A DNA stretch of 64,000 nt, taken from the IMG/VR virus record IMGVR_UViG_3300009285_002354, positions 1 through 64,000 of that record. One strand, 5' to 3'. Under the pieces are notes generated by a model that had not been told where the DNA came from, did no database searches, and worked only from the letters and a program-made list of their open reading frames with translations. The translations under genes and the position numbers were made by a program. Source of the stretch: a virus. Lineage: Duplodnaviria > Heunggongvirae > Uroviricota > Caudoviricetes. Below are positions 55,649 through 64,000 of this stretch, one piece after another. The stretch's first letter is position 1; each line of letters begins with the position of its first letter.

Positions 55649-57418
55649 TCAACCAAAATTCCTCTGCATCCAAAGGTGCAACATCAGGATCAGCCATATC
55701 GGATGGCCCATGTTCGTCTGGCCCTTGAGATGCGCATCGAGCACAGAGGCGACCTTGGGGCCGTCCAGGATTGCCCAGGGCCAGTTCAAGTCCGTCGTCA
55801 TGTCCACGAGCATCTGGCGCCCGATCTCGCTGCGGAACCATTCCCCGACCGGCACACTGAATCCTCGCTTGGGCCTCAGAAGGACGGAGAGAGGGACCAT
55901 GTCCCGGAAAGCGTCTTTCAGAATGAGCTTGCCGGTGTTGCCTGCGATCTTGAGGGAACTAGGAATCGCCAGCGCCAGCTCAATGACCCGATGATCCAGG
56001 AACGGACAACGCGCCTCCACGCTCGCGGCCATGCTTGCGCGTTCCATCTTGACGATGATGTCATTGGGCAGATAGGTCCTCGTATCTAGCCACATCATTT
56101 GATTCAGCAAGTCATTGCCAGGGAACATGGCGGCCTGCTGAAACATCCAGCCCAACGTATGCGGGCCGATGATGGACTTTGCGAACTCCGGATCGAGTAT
56201 ATGGTTGACGACGCGGAACGGCATGACAGAGAGCCAGGGAATGTATCCCACGATCCCTGCCTTGCCGTCATAGACCCAGTATCTCTCATACCCGCCGAAC
56301 GCCTCATCCCCACCATCCCCCGTCAAGGCGACCGTGATGTACTTCTTTGATTCCTCTGCCAGAAGCATTGTGGGAATCGCAGAGCAGTCCCCAAACGGCT
56401 GGTCGTACTGATCTACGATCCTCTGCGCCATCTCGGGCAGTTGCGGAAGCTGCACGATCGCCTCGTGGTGGATCGTACCCAGATACTCCGCAGTCTGCTT
56501 TGCTAGGGGCAACTCGTTGTAGGAGCTTTCCGCGAACCCCATGGAGAAGGTATGAAGCTCTTTCAGGTGCTGCTTGGCGACGGCGGCGATGATGGCGGAA
56601 TCCACTCCACCCGAGAGATAGACGCCCAAGGGGACATCGGACTCAAGGCGGCAGGCGATGGCCTCGCTCACGACTTGCCGGACTTTCACGGTGAATCTGT
56701 CGCCTATGTCCGTGTCCCCATCATTCGGGCGCGGCCCCCACCACTTCACGACATCGAGCTTGCCCTCCGCCGGCCGATAGGCAACGTAGTGACCCGCCGG
56801 CACACACACGATGCCCTTGAATGCGGTTTGAGGCTCAGGAACGTACTGGAGAGAGAGATAGTGGTACAGCCCTTCGGGATTGATCTCCTTGTGGTATCGC
56901 GGGTGCGCCAGGATTGCCTTAATCTCCGAACCCACCACGAAGATGTTGCGCGATTCATCAAACCAATAGTAGGCGGGTTTTTTGCCGAGGCGGTCCCGAG
57001 CAAGATAAAGAGTCTGTGTCGCCCTATCCCAGATACCTATGGCGAACATCCCATCAAGTTGGTCGAGGCAGGATACCCCTTCCCTGTCCCATAAGCGACC
57101 GATCACTTCTGTGTCCGAGTGAGTCTTGAATGGCACGCCGACAACACTCAGATTGTGCTGGAGCCTGCGATGCCCATAAATCTCACCATTGAACACCAGA
57201 TCGACCTTGCCGGTATGCATGGGTTGCCGGCCGCCCTCCCGGTCGATGATTGCAAGCCTTCGCATGGCCATGTTGACGGCCCAGTCTTTGCCCACTATCG
57301 AGAAGTCGCCGTAGTCATCGGGACCTCGATGGATGATCGTGTCGGCCATCTGTTTGACCACAGTGGTATCAGGCTCAACGAACCGACGACTGCCAGCCTC
57401 AAGCACTATGCCACACAC
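55649..57418 (-). CDS. asnB: asparagine synthetase-family glutamine amidotransferase (AsnB/WbpS-like)
   Basis: N-terminal MCGI (Ntn Cys), PP-loop YLSGGVDSAIIAAVA. 589 aa. Confidence 0.9.
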   Translation of the reverse strand: MCGIVLEAGSRRFVEPDTTVVKQMADTIIHRGPDDYGDFSIVGKDWAVNMAMRRLAIIDREGGRQPMHTGKVDLVFNGEIYGHRRLQHNLSVVGVPFKTHSDTEVIGRLWDREGVSCLDQLDGMFAIGIWDRATQTLYLARDRLGKKPAYYWFDESRNIFVVGSEIKAILAHPRYHKEINPEGLYHYLSLQYVPEPQTAFKGIVCVPAGHYVAYRPAEGKLDVVKWWGPRPNDGDTDIGDRFTVKVRQVVSEAIACRLESDVPLGVYLSGGVDSAIIAAVAKQHLKELHTFSMGFAESSYNELPLAKQTAEYLGTIHHEAIVQLPQLPEMAQRIVDQYDQPFGDCSAIPTMLLAEESKKYITVALTGDGGDEAFGGYERYWVYDGKAGIVGYIPWLSVMPFRVVNHILDPEFAKSIIGPHTLGWMFQQAAMFPGNDLLNQMMWLDTRTYLPNDIIVKMERASMAASVEARCPFLDHRVIELALAIPSSLKIAGNTGKLILKDAFRDMVPLSVLLRPKRGFSVPVGEWFRSEIGRQMLVDMTTDLNWPWAILDGPKVASVLDAHLKGQTNMGHPIWLILMLHLWMQRNFG

Positions 57419-57864
57419 GAAACACCCCCGATCTTGTGGAGTTCAGCTTTGGCGGCAAGATAGGCAGCACGTGCGTTGTTCCTATCATCGAAATACCCCA
57501 GAAAATGCTGACGACCGTTCAGTACGATTTGAGCCGCGAACTTGCCGATATGACGATTCCAGCAGTAGCCTCTTGGGTTACTATTGAAAGTGTTCTCTTG
57601 GTGGCTTACATCTCTGATATTATCCCTGCGGTTGTCAAGGCCATTATGATTGATGTGGTCAACGTCCCTCCTGTCTCCAGGTTTCAACCCGAGAATCTGG
57701 CGATGCATGAAAATGAACGTAGGCTTCCCACTGATTCGTTGCTGACGCATAGCGTAGCAGGTGTGTTTGGATTTCAATACACACCACTTCCACTGCATGA
57801 GCCACTCGTAATCCTCATCGTCCACAAGGGCGAACTGTCCCCGCGTGAGGGGAATCTTCTTCAT
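57406..57864 (-). CDS. HNH homing endonuclease (HNH_3/AP2-like), paralog of 1337..1798
   Basis: MKKIPLTRGQFALVDDEDYEWLMQWKW...DHINHNGLDNRRDN. Confidence 0.8.
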   Translation of the reverse strand: MKKIPLTRGQFALVDDEDYEWLMQWKWCVLKSKHTCYAMRQQRISGKPTFIFMHRQILGLKPGDRRDVDHINHNGLDNRRDNIRDVSHQENTFNSNPRGYCWNRHIGKFAAQIVLNGRQHFLGYFDDRNNARAAYLAAKAELHKIGGVSCVA

Positions 57865-58058
57865 GGTTCCTCCTTGAGAAAAAAGGTGCCCCGACGATAC
57901 GACCGCTGCGCAATCCGAGGTGCGGAATCAAATGATCGTCGTCGGGGCATATGGTTGTCGTTGCGCAGCATACCGGTTCCCGTTAAGTATCCTCCGTTGT
58001 CCTACGGCTTCGTAGTGGACCTGTCAAGGGAAATTTTCGGGGATTTTCGAGAAGAGTC

Positions 58059-58757
58059 TCAGGCTCGGATCGTCACAATTCTGTACCTCGCCCGCTGGAA
58101 GTAGCACTTCAGATTCTCATCCCACAACTCCGGCCCCGAGGATTCATAGAGAATCCCCTTTACCAGCCAGTCGGTAGTGGCGACCTGTAGCCGCTCATTG
58201 AGCAGGGCATAGACACGATCTTGAATGGCCCGCCAGTCTCCGCCCCAGACCGTCACATCCAGAAAGATGCTCCTGGGGAACCAGCCCGTTTCCCCATTGA
58301 TCCGATACGTGATCACGGGGGTATTCACTTGCACTGGTGGATAGGCGTAGAAGACGCAGCGCGGTTTGGTCACCGCATCGTATCCGAGCAGATCGCCGAG
58401 TTTGCCCGCCGATGCATCCTCAGCGTCCCCCACGAGAATCTGATAGACGGCCTGCATGAGGGTCGCCCCGCCCGGAACACGCGCAGCCGGCGAGTAGTAG
58501 ACGACCTCATTGTAGTTCGTCTCGCCGTTGTAGGTCCATTTGACCCAATAGGTGTATTCAATGCCGTCACTCGGTTCCGTGAAGTCGTACTCATATGTAC
58601 CAAGGGCCGTCCGAGTCATGGGCGTATTGGCCGCCACAACAATTGCCCCGGTGTCATCCCGCTTCAGGCCAAAGGTGCTCGTGGGGTCACAAAGGACAAC
58701 ACTGTCCACATCGTGCGCCGCGTCATTGACTTGGGTTGTGAATCTCAGTGTCGCCAT
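58059..58757 (-). CDS. hypothetical protein (232 aa), possibly structural
   Basis: ORF. Confidence 0.45.
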   Translation of the reverse strand: MATLRFTTQVNDAAHDVDSVVLCDPTSTFGLKRDDTGAIVVAANTPMTRTALGTYEYDFTEPSDGIEYTYWVKWTYNGETNYNEVVYYSPAARVPGGATLMQAVYQILVGDAEDASAGKLGDLLGYDAVTKPRCVFYAYPPVQVNTPVITYRINGETGWFPRSIFLDVTVWGGDWRAIQDRVYALLNERLQVATTDWLVKGILYESSGPELWDENLKCYFQRARYRIVTIRA

Positions 58758-58758
58758 A

Positions 58759-59133
58759 CTAGTCCTGAATCACCGTGCTCTCGGTGCGGATGCTCGTTGC
58801 GGCCAGAGACGGTTCCGAGACCTCTTCGGAACATGCGATGTGCAGGTTGCCTGACTCTTTCGCGTAGAGATTGTACCTGACTCCCGTAACCCATGCCCCC
58901 GCGGGAATACTGGCTGTCCAGTGTCCGTCCGCTTGATGAGTTCCCGTTCCCGCGATCGCCTCAGTCGCGGACCATGTGCCTCCTGATGCATTGTACCACT
59001 TGCCGACATTGGCACCCGTGAGCGCCATGAGATAGAAATTCACGGTTCCCGATGTAATGGGGTCGCCGTTCGCCTTGGCTACCATGTCGGCATACATCGT
59101 ATTCGATTGTGCGGCCGTGAAGGATTGCATCAT
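58759..59133 (-). CDS. hypothetical protein (124 aa)
   Basis: ORF. Confidence 0.45.
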   Translation of the reverse strand: MMQSFTAAQSNTMYADMVAKANGDPITSGTVNFYLMALTGANVGKWYNASGGTWSATEAIAGTGTHQADGHWTASIPAGAWVTGVRYNLYAKESGNLHIACSEEVSEPSLAATSIRTESTVIQD

Positions 59134-60008
59134 CGACTCCTTCGTCGCTTCGTTCGCTCTGCGGGGGACAAACGGTAGAAGCTCAGGACATCCTCAGTTG
59201 GGAACTGCGCGCCGGTGTTCAGATCGATGTGGCGGCAGAGCAGGTTCGAGTCCACCAGGAAGGGATACTGTTTCTTGGCGATTTCCGGCCAACCGGCGCG
59301 CTTCAAGACGTTCTCTTTGATGACGCGCCGGCAGAACTCCAGGTCGGAAGTGCCCGTTCGCCGGTTCCATTGACCCGTCATGGGGTCCGTTACCATCGTG
59401 GATGGGGTTTCAAACACTTTGCGAGTGACTCTTTCCCCGATGGTTTTGTACGGCTTGGAGTCATTCCATAGGGTCTCCAGGATCGAGCGGTGAATCAGCA
59501 GCATCCCCGTAGTGACTCCATCCACCCAGAACCGCTCGCCGATTGTGAAATCCCGGAAGTAGCGGTTGCCTGTGCCCCGATAGACAAGCGGCTCAGACCG
59601 CGGGGCCTTGAGGAAGTACAGTCCGCTCACTATGGGAATGTCCTCCTCCATGATATATTCATCCATCCGCGTGAACAGATCCGCCGGCGCAACGACGTCG
59701 TCTTCCCAAAGCAGGAGCCATTGGAAGTTCTTTTGGAGCATATCCTCCGTCGCGAGATTCTGCGCGTCCGCAACGAGATAGTGCATCGGGACCGTGAAGC
59801 CAGCCCCGATACTGACGTCGGCGGACGACCAATTGCACGGAATAACCTGCCCATAGCGCATGATGGCCCACTCGATTCGGATATTTCCAAGAGTGGGGGT
59901 CGCGATCATGAGGCGCTTTCGGGGGTTCCCGCCGACGCCGCTTTTGATGATCGTGGTGTTGGGAGCGGGGTGCTCCTCGATTGACTTAGGTTTCTTCTGC
60001 GCCGTCAT
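59130..60008 (-). CDS. putative GT-A fold glycosyltransferase (GT2-like)
   Basis: IATPTLG N-terminal beta strand and an LLWEDDVV acidic (DxD-like) motif. Weak. Confidence 0.45.
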   Translation of the reverse strand: MTAQKKPKSIEEHPAPNTTIIKSGVGGNPRKRLMIATPTLGNIRIEWAIMRYGQVIPCNWSSADVSIGAGFTVPMHYLVADAQNLATEDMLQKNFQWLLLWEDDVVAPADLFTRMDEYIMEEDIPIVSGLYFLKAPRSEPLVYRGTGNRYFRDFTIGERFWVDGVTTGMLLIHRSILETLWNDSKPYKTIGERVTRKVFETPSTMVTDPMTGQWNRRTGTSDLEFCRRVIKENVLKRAGWPEIAKKQYPFLVDSNLLCRHIDLNTGAQFPTEDVLSFYRLSPAERTKRRRSR

Positions 60009-60290
60009 TTACATCATCTCCAATTCCCAAAGCGGTGCATTGGGCATATTCCTGCGTTGACGCAGACCGTCGCGCCATTCCTGAAGGTCTTTGATAGATA
60101 CATCTCTCGCCTTGAAACCAGCGACTATTGTATTCTCGCGAATCTTGTCAGCCATTTCGCATTTACCTTCCAGGCGCAACTCAGAGCGAACAGAGTCAAG
60201 AAACAGCATCAGCCAAGCCATCGGCGGTAGTGCCTGATCCTCTGTGGATTTGGGTTTCTTAGTCACTGGAAAGTTCCTCGCGCAAGTCAA
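60009..60290 (-). CDS. hypothetical small protein (93 aa)
   Basis: ORF. Confidence 0.35.
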   Translation of the reverse strand: MTCARNFPVTKKPKSTEDQALPPMAWLMLFLDSVRSELRLEGKCEMADKIRENTIVAGFKARDVSIKDLQEWRDGLRQRRNMPNAPLWELEMM

Positions 60291-60510
60291 TCAGCATGGA
60301 GAGGGTCTGGTCAAATCCGCACTGCTCTGCCATCTTGGCCATTGAATCGGGGCTCATGGGCAGTACATAGCGTTTATTTCGCTCCGCCCTCTTGGCCTCA
60401 ATGCGCAGAATCGCCTCATCTATGGCGGCAAGCGCGGTCGGTGGAGATTTCTTCTTGTCGGTGATTCCCACGATCGCCTCGTCTCTCAGTAGTGATCGTT
60501 CCGAAGACAT
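60259..60510 (-). CDS. hypothetical small protein (83 aa)
   Basis: ORF. Confidence 0.35.
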   Translation of the reverse strand: MSSERSLLRDEAIVGITDKKKSPPTALAAIDEAILRIEAKRAERNKRYVLPMSPDSMAKMAEQCGFDQTLSMLIDLREELSSD

Positions 60511-60526
60511 GCGGTTCCTTTCGGGT

Positions 60527-61054
60527 CTATTGCGGTTTCTTCCAAGTTGGCTTGCCGCTCTTGTCTTTGCGGGGTTCCAAAATCACTTCGATGCAGCCGG
60601 TGAAATTCGCGTCGTTACGGATGATCTTCCAAGGCTTCACCATGCCATAGGCCCCGTTGATATAAAGTGTATAATCGGGATCGAAAAATTGGAATGTGGC
60701 TTCGTTCGGGCACAGATAATGCTCCGGGTGCGCGTTGGCCAGGAATGAGTTGGCATACGGCGCCGAGAGAAATAGTTGTCCATCCCAGCGCGATATCCGC
60801 CAGAGCTCGTCCATCAGCTTGAACCGATACTTGGGCTCGATGTGCTCCCAGATATGGCACATGACAATCATGGTGCAGGCGTCGCTCGGGACCGGCCAGG
60901 GAAACTTCTGAATGTCGTGAACGATGTCCACGCCGGGAAGCTTCAGTCGGTCGATCCCGATGCACCCCTTCTGCTTGTTCGGGCCGCAGCCGACGTCGAG
61001 CTTTACGCCGGACATCTTCCCGAACAAGGCGCGGTTGTACCCGTGCGGTGTCAT
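60527..61054 (-). CDS. class I SAM-dependent methyltransferase
   Basis: Motif I LDVGCGPN. 175 aa. Confidence 0.65.
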   Translation of the reverse strand: MTPHGYNRALFGKMSGVKLDVGCGPNKQKGCIGIDRLKLPGVDIVHDIQKFPWPVPSDACTMIVMCHIWEHIEPKYRFKLMDELWRISRWDGQLFLSAPYANSFLANAHPEHYLCPNEATFQFFDPDYTLYINGAYGMVKPWKIIRNDANFTGCIEVILEPRKDKSGKPTWKKPQ

Positions 61055-61090
61055 AGTCGCTCCGTACTATACACTACGAAATAGTAGTTA

Positions 61091-61573
61091 TCAACTCGTC
61101 GTGTAGTTGATGTTGTAGGTAACGTTCACGTCCTGGCTCGTAGCGACCGCAGAGGAAGCGAACGTCTTGCCGCAGATGATCGTGCCGCTTGACGCGGCGA
61201 ACAGGCCGATATTGGCGATCGTGGCCGCGCCCAGCGTACCGTCGAAGCTCTGCGTGAACTGGGCCTGCGTGCTGTCGTTCAGCGCCGTGCCGACCGTGCT
61301 GTAGTAGTCGGTGTTAGAACCCGGCAACGCCACGGCATTCGATGCCGGATTCGTTCCGTTGCCGAGCATAGCGCCGGCGATCTGGACGGAACCCGCGGCC
61401 TTGGCGGGCGCGGCCAGGAAGCAATTGTTCAGCCCGTAGTTGGTGATCTGGTTCGGGATGTCCCCGGTGTCGCCCACGACCTTGCGGGTCTTCTTGTCCA
61501 CGACCTGAACGCGGAAGAACCCCTTGATGCCAATGGTGCAAACCGGCTCTCGCACTTTCGTTCTCTTTTTCAT
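61091..61573 (-). CDS. putative structural (jellyroll/fibre-like) protein
   Basis: 160 aa, rich in Gly/Ala/Ser/Thr/Asn, with a basic N-terminus. Sits between the giant repeat protein and the modification cluster. Confidence 0.4.
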   Translation of the reverse strand: MKKRTKVREPVCTIGIKGFFRVQVVDKKTRKVVGDTGDIPNQITNYGLNNCFLAAPAKAAGSVQIAGAMLGNGTNPASNAVALPGSNTDYYSTVGTALNDSTQAQFTQSFDGTLGAATIANIGLFAASSGTIICGKTFASSAVATSQDVNVTYNINYTTS

Positions 61574-61585
61574 ATCCGTCCTTTC

Positions 61586-64000
61586 TCATCTACGCCTTTT
61601 GAGCGTGACAAAGTACAGGTACGCCTGCGCCGACAGCACATATGCCGAAGGGGCGTCCAGTATCCCAATTGTGTCAGTCGCGGTGACCTCAAACACTGAG
61701 GTCCTCATCATCGAGGAATCGGCAAGGTTCACCAGGTCGAATATTTCGGCGGTCAACGGCATCAACTCACAGGTCAATGAGTCGGCCGCTGCGATTCCGT
61801 CCGCCACGTCAACCGGCAGCACCGGAATCAGCGTACACGATACCACACACTGCGAAGATAATGCAAGTCCATCTGTCTCGCTTATTTGTAATTTCGGCAG
61901 GAGGGCTACGTTCTCATCCTGGACGCCGATTTGCTCTGCGGCCAAAACCGAGAGCAGCCGAAGCTCTGCCGCCGGCGAATCAGTAATCCCAATCCCCTCG
62001 GAAACCGCGGCTTCAAGCATCCCGATCCGGACGATGGCAGCATCTGAAACCCCCACAGCATCGGACACATTCGCAGTGAAGTTGCTCAGGATCGCAAAGG
62101 CAGCATCCGAAAGCCCCAGAGAATCAACCGCAAGCGGCAGGAAATGGCTGATCTCGGCCGCCGCCTGATCCGAAACACTGATTCCGTCCGAAACTGTAGT
62201 GCTTATGGATGTGGTCTGGGCCTGAACGGAATCCGTAAGACCAATAGAATCAAGCCCTTGAAGAGCATAGTTGGGTATGATGCTTGCTGATTCTGCGAGA
62301 CTCAGGCTTTCGGAAACGCTGATTTCCAGTGGCGTAGCCTGAGTAACACTATTATCTGTCAGGCCGACGCTATCCAGGCAACTCAGCAGCAGCGGAGATG
62401 CTTCAGCAAGGACAGCTTCGCCTAGTCCAATGCCGTCAGCGACCGTCAGGACCCACTCCGCGCCGATCGTGGTAGAATCAGCCAAACTGACGCTGTCCGT
62501 TGCGAAAATCTCAAGGATCGGCATTTCGGCTGAGGCGGCCTCGGAGCACTGGACGGTGTCGGCGACAACCGCAAGCACGGGATTAGTCTGGAGCAGGACT
62601 GCATCCGACAATCCGACAGCATCAGAGACAATCAAAGCTATTCCGGAAGCAGATTCGACGGCTTCCGAGACACTAATGCTGTCTGTGCCGCTCACCAGAT
62701 AGGCGGATAGCTGCACCAGCGGAGTATCAGAGGTCCCAATTGCATCCGAGACACTCACCAGGAAATTGTCCAGATTGATACTGACGGCATCCGAGATCCC
62801 GATGGCCTCTTGCGATTGCGCCACAAGCCCCGTACTGCTGACAACCGACTCTGACACGCCCAAAGATTCTTGAACGGCGGTTTCCAGGACCGCGATCTCG
62901 ATCAGGGGGCTATCCGATAGCGCCAGAGAATCCTGAATTGCCACGAGCCGCGTCGTGAGCTGCACATTGGCCGCGTCGGTCAGTTGAACACTATCCGAGA
63001 CCGTCAGGGCCACGCTCGGGAGAACCGCGCTGGTTTCACTGAGCCCGAGGCCGTCCGAAACAAAGACTTGCAAGGCCGAAAGTTGAACAGCCGCACTTTC
63101 CGCCAATCCGATGCCGTCCGCAACCTCAACGATACGGTCAACGGCGGCGGCGGCTTCCTCCGCAAGGTCTATAGCCTCCGTAGTCTGCACCAAGAGAACG
63201 GGCAATTGCACGGCGGCGGCATCGGCGATATCGACGGAATCCTGGACGCCAACCATGAGTACGTTTAGACGCGCCTCCGCCGTATCGGCAAGTCCTATGC
63301 CGTCGGCAACCTCTTGAACGATGCCCGTCCCGGTGACGATCGACTCCGCAAGCGCGGCCGTATCGGCAACGGCCGCTTCCAGTACGGGCATTTCCAGTAT
63401 CGGACCGTCCGCTATCTCGCAGGCATCCGTGACGGCAATCAGCAGTGGCGTGACCTGGACGGCGACGACCTCGGCTACCTGTGCCGCGTCCTCGGCCTCG
63501 GCAATGATACTCGTATCTGCCGCCAGAGTTTCTGCCACACCTAGGGAATCGGATAGAACGGCCAGCAGCGGCGTGATCTGCACCGTCTCGGAATCGGTGA
63601 TTCCAACGGCGTCAAGCGAGACGGCAATCAGGGGGTCTATCTCGACCGCCTGCACATCACTGACGGCGATACTGTCCGCCACTGCCGCCAGAACCGTCAC
63701 ATTGACGCTTTCCGCCTCCGCAAGATCAATAGTATCGGATACGGCCACGAGCAGCGGCATTGCCTCCGCCGCAATCGCATCCGCCAGTATCATGCTCTCG
63801 GCGACAGTCACCAGCAGAGGCGTCGTCTCTATCACGGCCGCCTCGGTGATGTCAACAGCGTCTGCGGCCGTGGCCGCGATGCTGGTGGTGCAAACGACGG
63901 TATCGGAAAGCCCCGCCGCATCAGCGGCCTCGACTGCCAGGACGTCGATCTCGGCTGTCCCAAACTCGGCAAGGCCGATAGAATCCGAAACCTCAGCCAG
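61586..64000 (-). CDS. giant tandem-repeat protein (>800 aa; the 5' end lies beyond the window edge), probably a fibrous beta-solenoid-type virion protein
   Basis: At least 37 consecutive ~20-aa repeats with consensus p.L.v.VsDsiGl(S/T)DsA.vq.T (60-bp DNA period). The repeat continues to position 64000. Confidence 0.7.
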   Translation of the reverse strand: MAEVSDSIGLAEFGTAEIDVLAVEAADAAGLSDTVVCTTSIAATAADAVDITEAAVIETTPLLVTVAESMILADAIAAEAMPLLVAVSDTIDLAEAESVNVTVLAAVADSIAVSDVQAVEIDPLIAVSLDAVGITDSETVQITPLLAVLSDSLGVAETLAADTSIIAEAEDAAQVAEVVAVQVTPLLIAVTDACEIADGPILEMPVLEAAVADTAALAESIVTGTGIVQEVADGIGLADTAEARLNVLMVGVQDSVDIADAAAVQLPVLLVQTTEAIDLAEEAAAAVDRIVEVADGIGLAESAAVQLSALQVFVSDGLGLSETSAVLPSVALTVSDSVQLTDAANVQLTTRLVAIQDSLALSDSPLIEIAVLETAVQESLGVSESVVSSTGLVAQSQEAIGISDAVSINLDNFLVSVSDAIGTSDTPLVQLSAYLVSGTDSISVSEAVESASGIALIVSDAVGLSDAVLLQTNPVLAVVADTVQCSEAASAEMPILEIFATDSVSLADSTTIGAEWVLTVADGIGLGEAVLAEASPLLLSCLDSVGLTDNSVTQATPLEISVSESLSLAESASIIPNYALQGLDSIGLTDSVQAQTTSISTTVSDGISVSDQAAAEISHFLPLAVDSLGLSDAAFAILSNFTANVSDAVGVSDAAIVRIGMLEAAVSEGIGITDSPAAELRLLSVLAAEQIGVQDENVALLPKLQISETDGLALSSQCVVSCTLIPVLPVDVADGIAAADSLTCELMPLTAEIFDLVNLADSSMMRTSVFEVTATDTIGILDAPSAYVLSAQAYLYFVTLKRRR

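Overview
High-GC (~58%) temperate phage genome segment. It looks like the free or episomal form rather than an integrated prophage. The integrase sits mid-window with phage genes on both sides, and an attP-like region (arm-type repeats, hairpins, a consensus sigma70 promoter) lies immediately to its left.

Left ~27 kb: a leftward early operon on the minus strand, reading from 27.5 kb towards position 1.
- An SSAP-like protein and a Cas4-like PD-(D/E)XK exonuclease, then many small Cys-rich proteins.
- A TnpB N-terminal fragment abutted by an HTH-HNH homing-endonuclease gene.
- A replication module: replisome-organizer-like protein, DnaB helicase, and an SPFH/band-7 protein.
- An IS110-transposase-C-terminal-like (HhH) gene flanked on both sides by ~15 copies of a 36-bp bipartite iteron.
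- RusA resolvase, a C5 cytosine methyltransferase plus an adjacent gene that carries a duplicated copy of the MTase 5' end, two radical-SAM proteins, DUF1643, a YkgJ-like CxxCxxCC protein, an Rrf2 regulator, and an HNH_3 endonuclease.
- Three small genes at the far left share a near-identical ~55-nt leader.

Middle: attP/int/xis, small regulators, and a plus-strand PAP2-family membrane phosphatase.

Right ~30 kb: a late operon on the minus strand.
- A GTA/siphovirus-like tail module: major tail protein, G/GT chaperones with a canonical A_AAA_AAC -1 frameshift, tape measure, DUF2460, BR0599/DUF2163, an NlpC/P60 peptidase, a lambda-J-like host-specificity protein, a LamG fibre protein and a holin-like protein.
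- Immediately upstream of the major tail gene lies an unusual ~17-kb cluster of glycan-biosynthesis-like genes: three glycosyltransferases, a NAD-dependent epimerase/dehydratase, an AsnB-type amidotransferase, a QueC-like PP-loop ATPase, three SAM methyltransferases, an alpha/beta hydrolase, three glycosyltransferase-N-domain-like mini-proteins, and a second HNH_3 endonuclease.
- Further upstream is a giant protein built of ~20-aa tandem repeats that runs off the window edge.

No rRNA, tRNA or CRISPR arrays were found.
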